This document shows positions 9,725 to 19,751 of a stretch of 64,000 bases of DNA, in pieces. The position numbers and the translations under genes were made by a program. Position 1 is the stretch's first letter; each line of letters begins with the position of its first letter. The notes beneath the pieces are model-generated. The model did no database searches. It had not been told where the DNA came from and was given only the letters and a program-made list of their open reading frames with translations. The stretch covers positions 1-64,000 of the forward strand of contig CAWJCS010000002.1 of assembly GCA_963841435.1 (NCBI GenBank), read 5' to 3'. This DNA is from an uncultured delta proteobacterium. Its GTDB lineage: Bacteria > Myxococcota_A > Polyangia > Polyangiales > Polyangiaceae.

Positions 9725-12283
9725 CTACGGGGTAACTTGCAGCGTCGCCGCGGTCAGTGTACTCGAGCTGGCGCTGCAGGCGCCCGATATGAGCCCGGTC
9801 AGACCTGGCCACACCGCTGTGAAGCGATAGGACCCGTCATAGTAGAACGAGCCCTGCAGGTAGTCGCCCGTCGCTCCGAACGTCGTTGTCGCGCTCGTGA
9901 GCGACACGCGGGTCCCCGTGAGATCCAGATCACGAACCGCGATGGCCTTGTATGTCATCTGGGTCCCCGCCGGAAATCCCGCCCAAACGGGGATGTTGTT
10001 GGTCTTCATGCAAGTCGCGCCTGGGTTGACCGATGGCGAAGCCGTAGTCTCCTGCCAGTACAGCACCGCGATGTTGGTATCGATGCGGGTATCGAGGTCG
10101 ACACGGTTGGTCTCAATCAGCGTCGGTTGCCAGACGGAGCCGCCTGCGGTTGTGGCTTTGAGCGCATTCGCGCCCGATGGGTAGGTGGCAGCCGTCACCG
10201 TGCTCGTGTTGCTTGGCGTCACCTTGACGCCGTACATGCGTAGCTGTTGAGAGCCGCTGACGAGAATGGGATAGGTGACCCGGACCGAATCGCCATCCGG
10301 CCACGAACCGAGCCGCGATACGGTCACACCGCCGGTCACGGCATTGCCCCCGGCTGCGGTGAACACTGCACAGCTGTCAGCGCTGACGGACGTGGAATAG
10401 AGCCTCGTGGAAGTGGAGCTCGCGGTGGCAGCGCCCGGGTCGGTCCAGTAGAGCGTGGGCGTTCCCGATGGGCACTTCAGGAAGAAGAGCCGCCCATTGG
10501 GAGACGAGGTCATGGCCTGCCATGAGTTGTTGTCGAAGCTGAAAGCCTGGCCCACCTGACCCGGAGGACCCAGCGTGAAAGTGAGAGGCGTGATCGTCGC
10601 CGGCCCGCCGGCGACGTCGATGCGCCACACGTTGTAGCTTCCGCCCTGGCCAAAGGCCCACGCTCTCTTCGACCACGGATCGGCGTACATCTCCACGCGA
10701 TCCGCACCGCCGAATCCAACCGAGCTGTCGCTGGGGAAGAACGACCAGTTCTTCCCGCAGTCAGTGGATTGCCACAAGAAGAGGTGTCCCGCTTGGTTGT
10801 TCTGTGCGCTCGGCGCGTTGCAATCGCGCCCTAGGCGAATGTGAATGATGTCTCCATTCGACATCCGCACCGCGTTGGGATCGTTTCCCAGCTTGTAAGG
10901 ATAGGGACTGAGCGGGCTCGGTGGGCAGGACTGGGTGTCGGCCCAAGTTCCGCCGATGGGTTTGTACAGGCGGTCGGTCACGTCGAGGGCGCTCGTGCCC
11001 CAGCTGTCTGATTGCGCGGCGAGCCCGTAGTCAACGGATCCATTGAAGATGTGCGCGCGCTTGGCCACACCGGAACACCTGGCGGCGTTCTGCGGCGTGA
11101 CGACGAGCGACGTCTCCCAGAAGGTTGGAGGCGTATTGGCCGGTGTGCTTACCGTCTGGGTAAACCGCGTCCAGCCGCTATTCACGTTCGCGAGCGTGAC
11201 GACACTCGACGAGGCAATCGAGGGCGCGCTCTGATAGTATTTCTTGCGCCAGAGGCCGCTGGAGTTGGCTGCGTAAACATCGAGACGGCCGGAGCTCGGC
11301 TTCGACACGGCCACGGAGTACCCTGCAGATGCACCAGGGGTTCCACCACCGGCGTCCCAAACGAGCGCTGCCGCATTCGACGGCGTCGCGGTGCTGAAGC
11401 TGGTGTGATAGATGACGCCGTCGGAGCCTCGAGCAAAGATGTCGAGCCCGGTACCATCGACTGAGCCGAGCCCGGCGATGACCTGATTCGTCTCCCAGAA
11501 CCCGCCGAGAGGGCCGGCCCACTGCGACCAGCTCGTCCCGCTGTAGTGAGATTGGTAAAGGGCTCCGTTCGTGCCTTGTACGACAACGTCAATCTGTCCC
11601 AATGCGCGCGAGAAGGCAGCGGGCGCCGCCTTGGCACCCCCGGGCGGAACGCCGGGATTCATGTCCCAACCGCCCGTGGGAGTCGTGCCCTGAATCAGCG
11701 TGTGCCAGACCGCCTTCCGCCCGTTCGCATCGGCCTGACCCAGTGCGAAGACCTCGAGACGATTGCTTGCGTACATGGCAACGGCGGGCGACGACGTGAG
11801 GACGCCGTTTGGAATGGCGACCCATGACGCCGACAAGCCGGCGCTCGTGTAAGTGCGATAGTAAAGCGTGTTGTTGGAGGCACCCCGGACAACCACGTCG
11901 AATTGGTTGTCGTGGTACGCCGACGCGGGATTTCCGGACAGACCTCCGGGAGGAGAGCCCCAGTTGGTGAAACGACCGATCGCGCTACCAATCACTTGAA
12001 CGTGGACCAGTGACGCGGCCTCGTCGAGCCATAGGTCAATCCACGTCGGCGAGCTACCGGGCACCCAAGAAGCGGAAGCGCCAGCATTGATCGAGCCGCC
12101 GCTCGACTCGAGCTTGTCCCACCCCATGTCACTCCATACGGCTAACCCGCTCGAGACTTCGCCGACGGGTTCGCTCTGAGCGTCTTCCGTCCACTTCGAT
12201 GCGCAGCCCACCAGCGCACAGCCCGAAAGCACTATTCCCAACCCGAGCTTCGCGAGCCGGGTTCGCTTCGACGAAGGAATCAT
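9725..12283 (-). CDS. Large secreted lipoprotein with lectin-like beta-propeller repeats and a sialidase-like region
   Basis: Signal peptide with lipobox LVGC. Repeats FDVVVRG, LEVFALG, IDVVVQG, LDIFARG and LDVYA, each with Trp residues. Asp-box-like STDCGKNW. Confidence 0.65.
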   Translation of the reverse strand: MIPSSKRTRLAKLGLGIVLSGCALVGCASKWTEDAQSEPVGEVSSGLAVWSDMGWDKLESSGGSINAGASASWVPGSSPTWIDLWLDEAASLVHVQVIGSAIGRFTNWGSPPGGLSGNPASAYHDNQFDVVVRGASNNTLYYRTYTSAGLSASWVAIPNGVLTSSPAVAMYASNRLEVFALGQADANGRKAVWHTLIQGTTPTGGWDMNPGVPPGGAKAAPAAFSRALGQIDVVVQGTNGALYQSHYSGTSWSQWAGPLGGFWETNQVIAGLGSVDGTGLDIFARGSDGVIYHTSFSTATPSNAAALVWDAGGGTPGASAGYSVAVSKPSSGRLDVYAANSSGLWRKKYYQSAPSIASSSVVTLANVNSGWTRFTQTVSTPANTPPTFWETSLVVTPQNAARCSGVAKRAHIFNGSVDYGLAAQSDSWGTSALDVTDRLYKPIGGTWADTQSCPPSPLSPYPYKLGNDPNAVRMSNGDIIHIRLGRDCNAPSAQNNQAGHLFLWQSTDCGKNWSFFPSDSSVGFGGADRVEMYADPWSKRAWAFGQGGSYNVWRIDVAGGPATITPLTFTLGPPGQVGQAFSFDNNSWQAMTSSPNGRLFFLKCPSGTPTLYWTDPGAATASSTSTRLYSTSVSADSCAVFTAAGGNAVTGGVTVSRLGSWPDGDSVRVTYPILVSGSQQLRMYGVKVTPSNTSTVTAATYPSGANALKATTAGGSVWQPTLIETNRVDLDTRIDTNIAVLYWQETTASPSVNPGATCMKTNNIPVWAGFPAGTQMTYKAIAVRDLDLTGTRVSLTSATTTFGATGDYLQGSFYYDGSYRFTAVWPGLTGLISGACSASSSTLTAATLQVTP

Positions 12284-12705
12284 TTTCTAGACCCTTTTCT
12301 CCGCGCTACCACTCGCCACCCTCATAGCTAGTTCATGAGCGAAAATGTCGTCGATGGCGCGTTGGTTCGCCAGAACGCACGCAAGCTTTCATTCGAGATA
12401 TCGGCGCGAAGCGCCGGACTCTGCACTGCTTACGCGAGACGTAACATCACAGCCGAACATGCCTTCGCGACAAGGCAAAAGGATATTGACCAGAATACAT
12501 ATTTGTCAAGCAGAAAACGTTTTTCTGTCTCGGTTGAGGCCTCGTCCCCCGCTCAAGACAAGTGAACTAAATCAGGTCTTCGTTACCGGTGGACAGGTCT
12601 CCTAACGAACGGACTGGGTTGTCGAACGGCGGAAATTCCGGCTCCAAAATCAGACACACCGAGGCCGCCCGAGGGGGTCGGGGTCGAGCTCTGAGCTGAG
12701 GGGAT

Positions 12706-12804
12706 AGCCCGCGACTTCGCGGCGCTGGGTTCCGATCTGGCTTGTGGTTGCAGGTCGGGAGGCGATGGCCGGTTGACCTGGCGGGCGCCGCGAAGTCGCG
12801 GGCT
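12706..12804. repeat. Perfect 20-bp inverted repeat with a 59-nt spacer
   Basis: AGCCCGCGACTTCGCGGCGC (12706-12725) and its reverse complement (12785-12804). Confidence 0.9.
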
Positions 12805-12850
12805 TCGCGGGATCGCTTGACTTTGTAGGGGGATCCATCCGTCGCAGGAA

Positions 12851-13217
12851 TGTGTTCCAGGCGGACCTCGACACTTGCCCTCGCTGCGGTGGACCGATGC
12901 GCTGGATGGAGGCCGCTGCCTCCAAGGAGGCTGCTCGCGACCTGCTTGCTCGGGCTCGCGCCGCGCCCGCCGCCGGCGCCAAAGCCGCCGCCGCTCGGGC
13001 AGCTCGCGTTGCCGTTCATGCGGTGAGCCGTCAAGTGCACGCCGGCCAGCGCGGGCGTGTGCGCCGTCTGCGCCCACGGGGCGGCGCGGGGGTTCAGGAG
13101 GAGGCGAGCGGCTGGACGCGGCCCGCGTGACCGTGCCCGACGAGTAACGGGTCCCGTCCGCCCACGATCCACCGTCCCGGGCTTGCCCCGATTTTGCAGT
13201 TGGATCTTCCTTGGCGC
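12851..13217 (+). mobile_element. Diverged ISCR-like 3' end with oriIS-like terminus
   Basis: VFQADLDTCPRCGGPMRWMEAA...GQLALPFMR*, then CAGTTGGATCTTCCTTGGCGC at 13197-13217. Confidence 0.8.
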
Positions 13218-13480
13218 TGGCCGCGCTGGTCACCCGGAGTCCGATCGGTATCGTTCCGACCGCGTCTCTCCGAGAGGCGGCCAACACGATGCTTCAGGAA
13301 GGCATCGGCCGTCTGCCCGTCATCGAGGCGGGCCGCCTGCCGGGCATCGTCACGCGCAGCGACCTGCTCGAAGGCCAGAAGCCCAGACTCCTCGCCGCCA
13401 TCAGGCGCGAGCGAACGCGCCGCCTCGGAGCGCCGTGGCGCTCCGCGTCCCCGCGGCCCGGGGAGCGCGCGGGAGTCTGA
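13218..13480 (+). pseudogene. CBS-domain protein C-terminal fragment
   Basis: ASLREAANTM...IGRLPVIE...GIVTRSDLL begins directly after the oriIS-like motif. Confidence 0.75.
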
Positions 13481-13510
13481 TCAGCGCCGGTCCTCCCGAT
13501 GAGGCGCTCG

Positions 13511-14176
13511 TCAGACGACGCCACTGGCCCGTGCGTTCCACGTGGGCAGTGCACTCGCGAGCGAACGCGGTCCGCTGACGAAAATGGCTCCCGCGCTGAT
13601 CGCCTGACGCCAGCCGAGGCGGCCGACGTGCCACAGGGTGAACGGCTGCGAGCGCGCCCTGACCCGCAGATCCGGCTCGAATCCCGGCCGGGAGTAGCAG
13701 AGCTCGGCATCCCCTCGCTCGATCAAGAACCAGAAGCGCCGGTAGCTCGGCGGCTCCTCGGGAAACTCGAACTCGACCACCACCCGTCGGGCCGGGAGCT
13801 TGTCGCGCCGGAGGTGCACATGGACCCATGCCCAGAGGACGAACGACGGATCGCTGTGCTCGGGCCGTAGCTCGATCCAACGGCGGCCCCACGACGACAG
13901 CGCCTCGATGACGCTCCACAGATCGCGGCCCGCCTCGGTGAGCGCATACTCGCGTCCTCGGCGCCCAGGCTTGGGCGTGCTCGTCACGACCCCCTGGTCC
14001 TCGAGCGTCCGGAGCCGTGCCGTCAGGAGCGACCGCGACATGCCCGGGACGCCCCCGGCGATCTCGGTGAAGCTACCGCACCCGAGCAGCAGGTTGCGCA
14101 AGACCAGCATCGTCCACCGCTCGGCGAGGATCTCGGACGCGCGAGAGATGGGACAGTACTGGCCGTAGCGCTTCAC
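13511..14176 (-). CDS. HxlR-family winged-HTH regulator
   Basis: YGQYCPISRASEILAERWTMLVLR...GMSRSLLTARLRTL...YALTEAG, with an SCP2-like C-terminus. Confidence 0.88.
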   Translation of the reverse strand: MKRYGQYCPISRASEILAERWTMLVLRNLLLGCGSFTEIAGGVPGMSRSLLTARLRTLEDQGVVTSTPKPGRRGREYALTEAGRDLWSVIEALSSWGRRWIELRPEHSDPSFVLWAWVHVHLRRDKLPARRVVVEFEFPEEPPSYRRFWFLIERGDAELCYSRPGFEPDLRVRARSQPFTLWHVGRLGWRQAISAGAIFVSGPRSLASALPTWNARASGVV

Positions 14177-14261
14177 CCCGCGATGCTGCAACACGGGTGG
14201 ACCCGAGGCCAAGTACAGATTTTGTCCTTGATAGAAAGCCCCTCGCCCATAGAGTCGGCCC

Positions 14262-15056
14262 ATGACTTCCGACGGTCAGGTCAATCGTGATGCCGCCTCG
14301 ATCTACGAGGATTTCTTCGTAAAAGCCCTGTTTGCCGAGTGGGCTCCGAGAGTTGCGGACGCGCTGGAGCCCTACGCCGAGGGCCGCCTGCTCGACGTCG
14401 CGTGCGGGACGGGCGTACTCGCTCGGGAGCTTGCCCGCCGGGTGGGCCCGGGGCGCGTGTGCGGCCTCGACCGCAACGAGGGCATGCTGGCCGTCGGCCG
14501 GCGCCTCGTGCCGGACATCGACTGGCGAAACGGGCGCGCCGAGGAGCTGCCGTTCGCGTCCGGCGAGTGTGCGGCGGTCGGGAGCCAGTTCGGGCTGATG
14601 TTCTTCGAGGATCGCGCTCGGGCGCTACGCGAGATGTGGCGCGTGCTCGCGCCCGGAGGCCGGCTGGCGGTGGCCGTGTGGGGACCTCTTTCGGACACGC
14701 CGGGCTATCGCGCGATGGTCAACCTCTTGCGGTCCCTGTTCGGCAACGAGATCGCCGACGAGCTCACGGCGCCCTTCTGCCTGGGCAACGTCTCGCTGCT
14801 GCGAGACCTGCTGCACAGCGCAGATATCCCAGACCCCACGATCGAGACCGTGGTCGGCACCGCGCGATTCCCCTCCATCGAGTCGTGGATTCACACCGAC
14901 GTGAAGGGCTGGACGCTTGCTGACCGGATCGACGAGGAGCAGTACGAGCTGCTGAAGCGACGGGCGCCGGCAGCCCTTGCGGACCACGCCCTCGCCGACG
15001 GACGGGTGGAGTTCGCCAGCCCGGCGCACATCGTCTCCGCTCGGAAGGCACGCTGA
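14262..15056 (+). CDS. Class I SAM-dependent methyltransferase
   Basis: LLDVACGTG and QFGLMFFED motifs. Divergent from the HxlR gene. Confidence 0.9.
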   Translation: MTSDGQVNRDAASIYEDFFVKALFAEWAPRVADALEPYAEGRLLDVACGTGVLARELARRVGPGRVCGLDRNEGMLAVGRRLVPDIDWRNGRAEELPFASGECAAVGSQFGLMFFEDRARALREMWRVLAPGGRLAVAVWGPLSDTPGYRAMVNLLRSLFGNEIADELTAPFCLGNVSLLRDLLHSADIPDPTIETVVGTARFPSIESWIHTDVKGWTLADRIDEEQYELLKRRAPAALADHALADGRVEFASPAHIVSARKAR

Positions 15057-15109
15057 GCTCCAGGCACTACCCGTGGCTTGCCGTCGTCCCAGCGACGCCT
15101 CGAGCCAAC

Positions 15110-15940
15110 TCGTACTCTACTGTACGAAAACGGTCAGAGCTGCTATCTCCTGGGCGCATACGAGCGCCGACTCGCCCATGGCCAGCAAGACCCCATCGCC
15201 TCCTCGCCGTGCCGATGCCCGCCGGAACATCGAGATCATCGTCGCAGCCGCCGAGCGCCGCCTGGCCCGCGACCCCGACGCCAGCATGAGCGACATCGCC
15301 AGCGAGGCAGGCCTGGGGAGAATCACGATCTACGGTCACTTCAAGAAACGGGCAGAGCTGGTCGAAGTCGTGGCCCGACGCGTGCTCACCGATGCCAATA
15401 CGCTTCTAAGGGGCGTCAACCTGCGCGGCGGGCCCGCGCCCGCGCTCGCACGGCTCGTCCAAGCCTCCTGGGAGGTGACGGCGCGCTCCGGGAGCCTGGT
15501 CGTTGCCGCAGAGAGGGCGCTCTCGCCTCAGGTCTTGCGAGAGCTTCACGCTGGAGAGCTCGAGGATCGAGTGCGGCGCTTCGTCGCGCGCGGCCAGCGC
15601 GAGCGCGCGTTTCGCTCCGACCTTTCGACGGATTGGCTCGTGGCGCTCTTCCACGCGACGTTGCACTCGGCCGTGAACGAGGTCCACGCCGGCAGGCTCG
15701 ATGGCAACAGAGCCGCGGAGACCGTCACGCGTACCCTGCTCGGAGCCTATCAACCGCCTTCGGAGTCTCGCGGTCGCGCACGTCGATGAGCGGGGGCGGT
15801 CCGCTGACGGAAGGCAGCGAGCATCGCAACCTATGGAACTTCAAGGATAAATGCGTTGCCTCCCGGCGACGTTCGGCAGGGCGCACGCGACAGTTGTCAT
15901 ACACAACTGTACGAGTTATAAGATGTACTCAACTGTACGA
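15110..15940. promoter_or_regulatory. Three related 18-bp palindromic sites, putative TetR operators
   Basis: TCGTACtctactGTACGA (15110-15127), TCATACacaactGTACGA (15897-15914) and ATGTACtcaactGTACGA (15923-15940). They lie upstream of the TetR and DHFR-like genes. Confidence 0.65.
15178..15789 (+). CDS. TetR/AcrR-family regulator
   Basis: RRADARRN...SMSDIASEAGLGRITIYGHF HTH. Confidence 0.9.
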   Translation: MASKTPSPPRRADARRNIEIIVAAAERRLARDPDASMSDIASEAGLGRITIYGHFKKRAELVEVVARRVLTDANTLLRGVNLRGGPAPALARLVQASWEVTARSGSLVVAAERALSPQVLRELHAGELEDRVRRFVARGQRERAFRSDLSTDWLVALFHATLHSAVNEVHAGRLDGNRAAETVTRTLLGAYQPPSESRGRARR

Positions 15941-16008
15941 GATGCTGCCGCGGGCCCCTTCCTACCCCAACACCTTGCCGGCCTGACCGGCACACAGGAG
16001 CACCAGCC

Positions 16009-16641
16009 ATGTCACTCCTCCGTGTCCATAACTTCTCGATCTCGCTCGACGGCTTCGGCACGGGCGAAGGTCAGAGCCGCGACGCGCATTTCGGTCACGC
16101 CGGCGATCGACTGCACACGTGGATGTTCGCCACTCGATGGTGGGCCCGTGGCAAACCCGGCGGCAGCGGCGGCGTCGACGACGCCTTCACGCGGCAGTTC
16201 GAACCCGGAATCGGCGCCGAGATCATGGGTGCCGGGAAGTTCGGACATCCCGGATGGCACGATGACCCGAACTGGAAGGGCGCTTGGGGCCCCAACCCGC
16301 CCTTTCACACGCCTGTATTCGTACTGACGCACCACACGCGCCCGTCGATCGAGATGGAGGGCGGCACGACCTTCCACTTCCTCGACGCCTCGCCGGCCGA
16401 CGCGCTCAAAGCGGCGCGCGAGGCGGCGGGAGGTGGTGACGTGCGTCTCGGCGGAGGCGCTACCACGATCCGTGAGTTCCTTATCGCAGGACTCGTCGAC
16501 TACTTGCATGTCGTAGTGGTCCCAATCCTGCTCGGCCGGGGCGTGCGTCTTTGGGACGGGCTCGAGGGCCTCGAGAAAGAGTACAGGGTCGAAGCCACCT
16601 CCTCACCGAGCGGAGTCACGCACGTGACGTTCACGCGTTGA
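16009..16641 (+). CDS. Dihydrofolate reductase/RibD C-terminal family protein
   Basis: SISLDGF, IMGAGKF, GGGATTIREFL and VVPILLGRG motifs. Confidence 0.88.
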   Translation: MSLLRVHNFSISLDGFGTGEGQSRDAHFGHAGDRLHTWMFATRWWARGKPGGSGGVDDAFTRQFEPGIGAEIMGAGKFGHPGWHDDPNWKGAWGPNPPFHTPVFVLTHHTRPSIEMEGGTTFHFLDASPADALKAAREAAGGGDVRLGGGATTIREFLIAGLVDYLHVVVVPILLGRGVRLWDGLEGLEKEYRVEATSSPSGVTHVTFTR

Positions 16642-16724
16642 GATGTGCGCCCGGCGGCGAGGCTAGCGGGGAAGCATCTGGGCTTACACGTGGGTCAGCG
16701 GCCTCTTGCCGCACGCAGTGAACA

Positions 16725-17139
16725 TCATGAGCCTGTCGCGATCTCGTCGTAGCCGCGCCCTTTGAACTCGAGCAGGCAGAAGCCGTGCCCAAACGGATCG
16801 GCGAGCAGTGCCAAGCGTCCCCAGGCGTGCTCGCGAATCCCACCCTCGCGCTTCGCACCTGCGGCCTCGGCACGCTGAACCGCGGCATCGAGGTCGGTGA
16901 TCACGAAGTCGAGATGCACCGGCGTCCAGTGCCGGCCGTAGTCACGAGGCCGCGGCGCACCGGCGAACGGCGTGGAGTTCGACGAGCTTGACCAGGAGGT
17001 ATATCGGCACCTCGCCACCGCGTAGCTCGACGGCGCCCTCGCCGAACTGTCGCGCCACGTGCAGCTCGAACGCTTCCGTGTAGAAGCGGACACCTCGTTC
17101 GAGGTCATCAACGTCGATATTCACGAGCAGCCGCGTCAT
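16725..17139 (-). CDS. VOC/glyoxalase family protein, frameshifted near 16985
   Basis: MTRLLVNIDVDDLERGVRFY in one frame and WTPVHLDFV...ADPFGHGFCLLE in another. Confidence 0.8.
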
Positions 17140-17164
17140 CTGCGCAGATCCTACCACCGCGCGA

Positions 17165-17558
17165 GCTCGCCTACCCAGGGGCTCGGTGCCCTCGCTGAGA
17201 AGATCGACATACGGTGAGTACGCGAAGACACGGTTGCGAGCGTACCCGGTGAGCTCGCGGACGATGCCGAGCTTGGTCATGCGATCGAGGGCCGAGGCGA
17301 CGGTCGGATAGGTCAGCCCAAGGCCCTGCTGCACCTCGCGGATCCCGGTGATCGGCTTTCTTTGAAGGTACTCGTGGGCGCGGAACGTCGATGCTGCGGC
17401 ACGACCGAGTCCTTCGATCTTCCGACGGTCGGCATCGAACAGCGCGAGGATTCGCCTCGTGGTGCCAAGCGCCTCGTCTGCGGCCGTTACCACGCCCTCC
17501 AGGAAGTAGCGCAGCCAGCCCTCCCAGTCGCCGTGCGTGCGCACGCGCTGCAGGTCTG
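17165..17558 (-). pseudogene. Fic-family protein C-terminal fragment
   Basis: GDWEGWLRYFLEGV...IVRELTGYARNRVFAY, a typical Fic C-terminal HTH region. The catalytic HPF motif is absent. Confidence 0.75.
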
Positions 17559-17574
17559 GACGCCTATGAAAACT

Positions 17575-18060
17575 TGCGGTCCTCCGGAGCAGCTCCGCCC
17601 AGGGGCGATAGCGCGAGCCGCCCACGCTTGAAGGCGCCTCGCTGCACGGCGAGGGGGCGCAGGGCGAGGCAGCGTCGTCGGTCGCTTGGCTCGGCCCTGG
17701 CTTGGGCACGATGAGTGGCCGCCACTTGGCAGCGGCGGCGAGGACGCCGAAGTAGCGCACGGTGTGGAACCGGGGCGCTGGCACGAGCGCGACCAGGCGG
17801 CAGAGCAGCGACAACGGGTCGAGGTCGACGGCGACGGTGCCGTCACTGAACGGCTTCTTCAGAGCGATGCGCACGAGCCCATCGGGGCCGGGTAGGAGCC
17901 GCTCGTTGGCCAGCGGCGGGCGCAAGATGCACTTCAGCAGCGCTTCGCGTCCTTGCTCGTCGGCCGGTGCGGCGCGAGTCGCGGCGTGCAGGCTGAAGCC
18001 GGCTTCGCGCACCGAAAGCGGCGCGTCGATGACCACGCCAGCGGCCCGATCCCGGCCGCC
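17575..18060 (-). mobile_element. ISCR/IS91-like transposase internal fragment (second subfamily)
   Basis: GFSLHAAT...ILRPPLANERL...FSDGT...RLVALVPAPRFHTVRYFGVLA...WAELLRRT. Confidence 0.85.
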
Positions 18061-18074
18061 TTTCGCCCAAACCT

Positions 18075-19037
18075 AGTCGCATAATAAGAAGCGTCCGGCG
18101 CGAGTCGAGCGAGTGAGGCTGTGCCGACCGAGCGAGCATTCGCGCTGAGGTTTGTTGGAGGGAGCCGTTGCGCGGCAGCGCAGGTCGCGGGGCTATGGGG
18201 ATCTTGGCAAAGCCGGTGGGGCGAAGGCGGACGCTTTGCGGCCTATTCGGACACGACCGGGTGGCAGGCGCACCAAGATTTGGCAGCTGGCCGGCCCTCG
18301 GCTGGAGTTGAGGGCGGTTGTCGGCAAGCGAATGGCGCCGATCGCCAGGGCGCGGGTAGACGACTCCGTCACGAGCGCGGGTGCGTCGTTTTGTGTCTGC
18401 GCGCCGGTCACGCCGCGACCTCGGGCGGCGCTCGAGCGCCGGGTGGGCGGAGCGAGGGCAGCGGTCCTCGCTGCACGGCGTGGGCGCCGCAGCTGGGGCA
18501 GAGGGTGACATCGACCGCGGCGACAGTTTCGAGCAGCTCAGGCCAGGACTCGTCGTGCTCGCTGTCTTGCTGGTTGGGTTGCTCGCGCTCGGCACCGCTG
18601 CCGCCGAGCAGTGCTCGAGCGCGCTCGAGGCGGGTGGTCACGTTGCCGGAAGCGAGCAAGCCGTAGTGCCTGATTTTCACGAAGCCGTGCGGCAGGACAT
18701 GCTGGAGAAACCGCTTCAGAAAACGAGCGGTGGCAATGAGGCGGTCTGGTCGCCGCGCGTCCGAAACCTGACGGTCTCGTCAGTGGCGCATACGAGTCGC
18801 GAGTTGCTGATAGCGACTCGGTGGGTGTAGCGCCCGAGGTATCGATAGACCTGCTCGCGGCCACCGAAGCGCCGCTTGGCGTAGACGATCCACGAGGCGC
18901 GGTGCAGAGCATCCGTGCGATGAGCGGCAGCGCGGCCTTCATCCTCGGCAGCAAGCCTCAGTCGTCCATCGCGACGAGCGCGAGCCAGCCCATCGAGCAC
19001 CTTGCCGCGAAAGAGGGCGGCGAGGACGCGGACGGGG
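18075..19037 (-). mobile_element. IS91 (Y2-type) transposase 3' half, frameshifted, plus downstream end region
   Basis: LFRGK, YLGRYTHRVAISNSRL (YxxxY), RFLQHVLP...KIRHYGLLA and CPSCG motifs. Confidence 0.85.
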
Positions 19038-19680
19038 GCGGATAGGAAACGCAAAGCGGATTCGACGAGCGAGCCGACGTGCCCACACAGTTGACCGATT
19101 CGAGTCTTATGCGACCCAGCCGGCGGGCCGGGGCCGCTGAGCTAATCCAAAGGGGACCACTCCCTCGCCGCACATGGTCGCGGGTCGGGGTCCCGGGGTC
19201 TCACCACCGGTCGGCGTCGGGGTCCACCAGGTCCGGGCTCCGGGCGCGGGCGATCGGCGGAATGCTGGCGTCTCGACCGAGGCTTCGGAGCAATGCGGCC
19301 GCAGTGTCGGCGTCGAGGATCAGCGCGATGAATCGGAGGCGCCCGCCGCAGGGGCAGGCGAGCGCGTCAACGTCGTAGATGCGCTTCAGAAGCTCGGCCC
19401 AATCGATGCGCTCGGATCGAGGGCATCGGGATGCCGGTGCATCGCATACGGGCGCGCGCGGTGGCGCAGGGTGATTTGTGGCGACGCTCGTCAACGTAAT
19501 CGGCCGACGCGCCGCCCCACTGGGCCCAGGCCCGAGAACGGGCCCAGCGCATGTACGCTCCGCCGGGACAGCACGCGGGCACTCGGCGACCTCGGGCGCG
19601 TCTGCCGACTTGCGCGGAACGATCGCCTTGCGCCACGCGGAGTGTGGCGCGAACACTCCGTGGAATCGGACGAGCGGATG
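19038..19680 (-). mobile_element. ISCR-like transposase 3' end (third subfamily) with canonical-looking oriIS
   Basis: RFHGVFAPHS...RIDWAELLKRIYDVDALACPCGG. The reverse complement of 19038-19058 is CGCTTTGCGTTTCCTATCCGC. Confidence 0.8.
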
Positions 19681-19681
19681 C

Positions 19682-19751
19682 AGCGACGAGCCCGCTCCGA
19701 GAAAAAGATGGGCGTGGCTCTTGAAACACGTCTTCGCGGCAGACTTGGATA
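19682..19751 (+). mobile_element. 70-bp internal piece of the main ISCR-like family
   Basis: Identical to the SDEPAPRKRWAWLLKHVFAADLD segment of 23321-23390. Directly followed by an IS66 left end. Confidence 0.85.

Noticed and set aside
17560-17580. CAAGTTTTCATAGGCGT (rc) as another oriIS variant
   Set aside because: It sits at a junction but matches the 21-nt motif too weakly to count.
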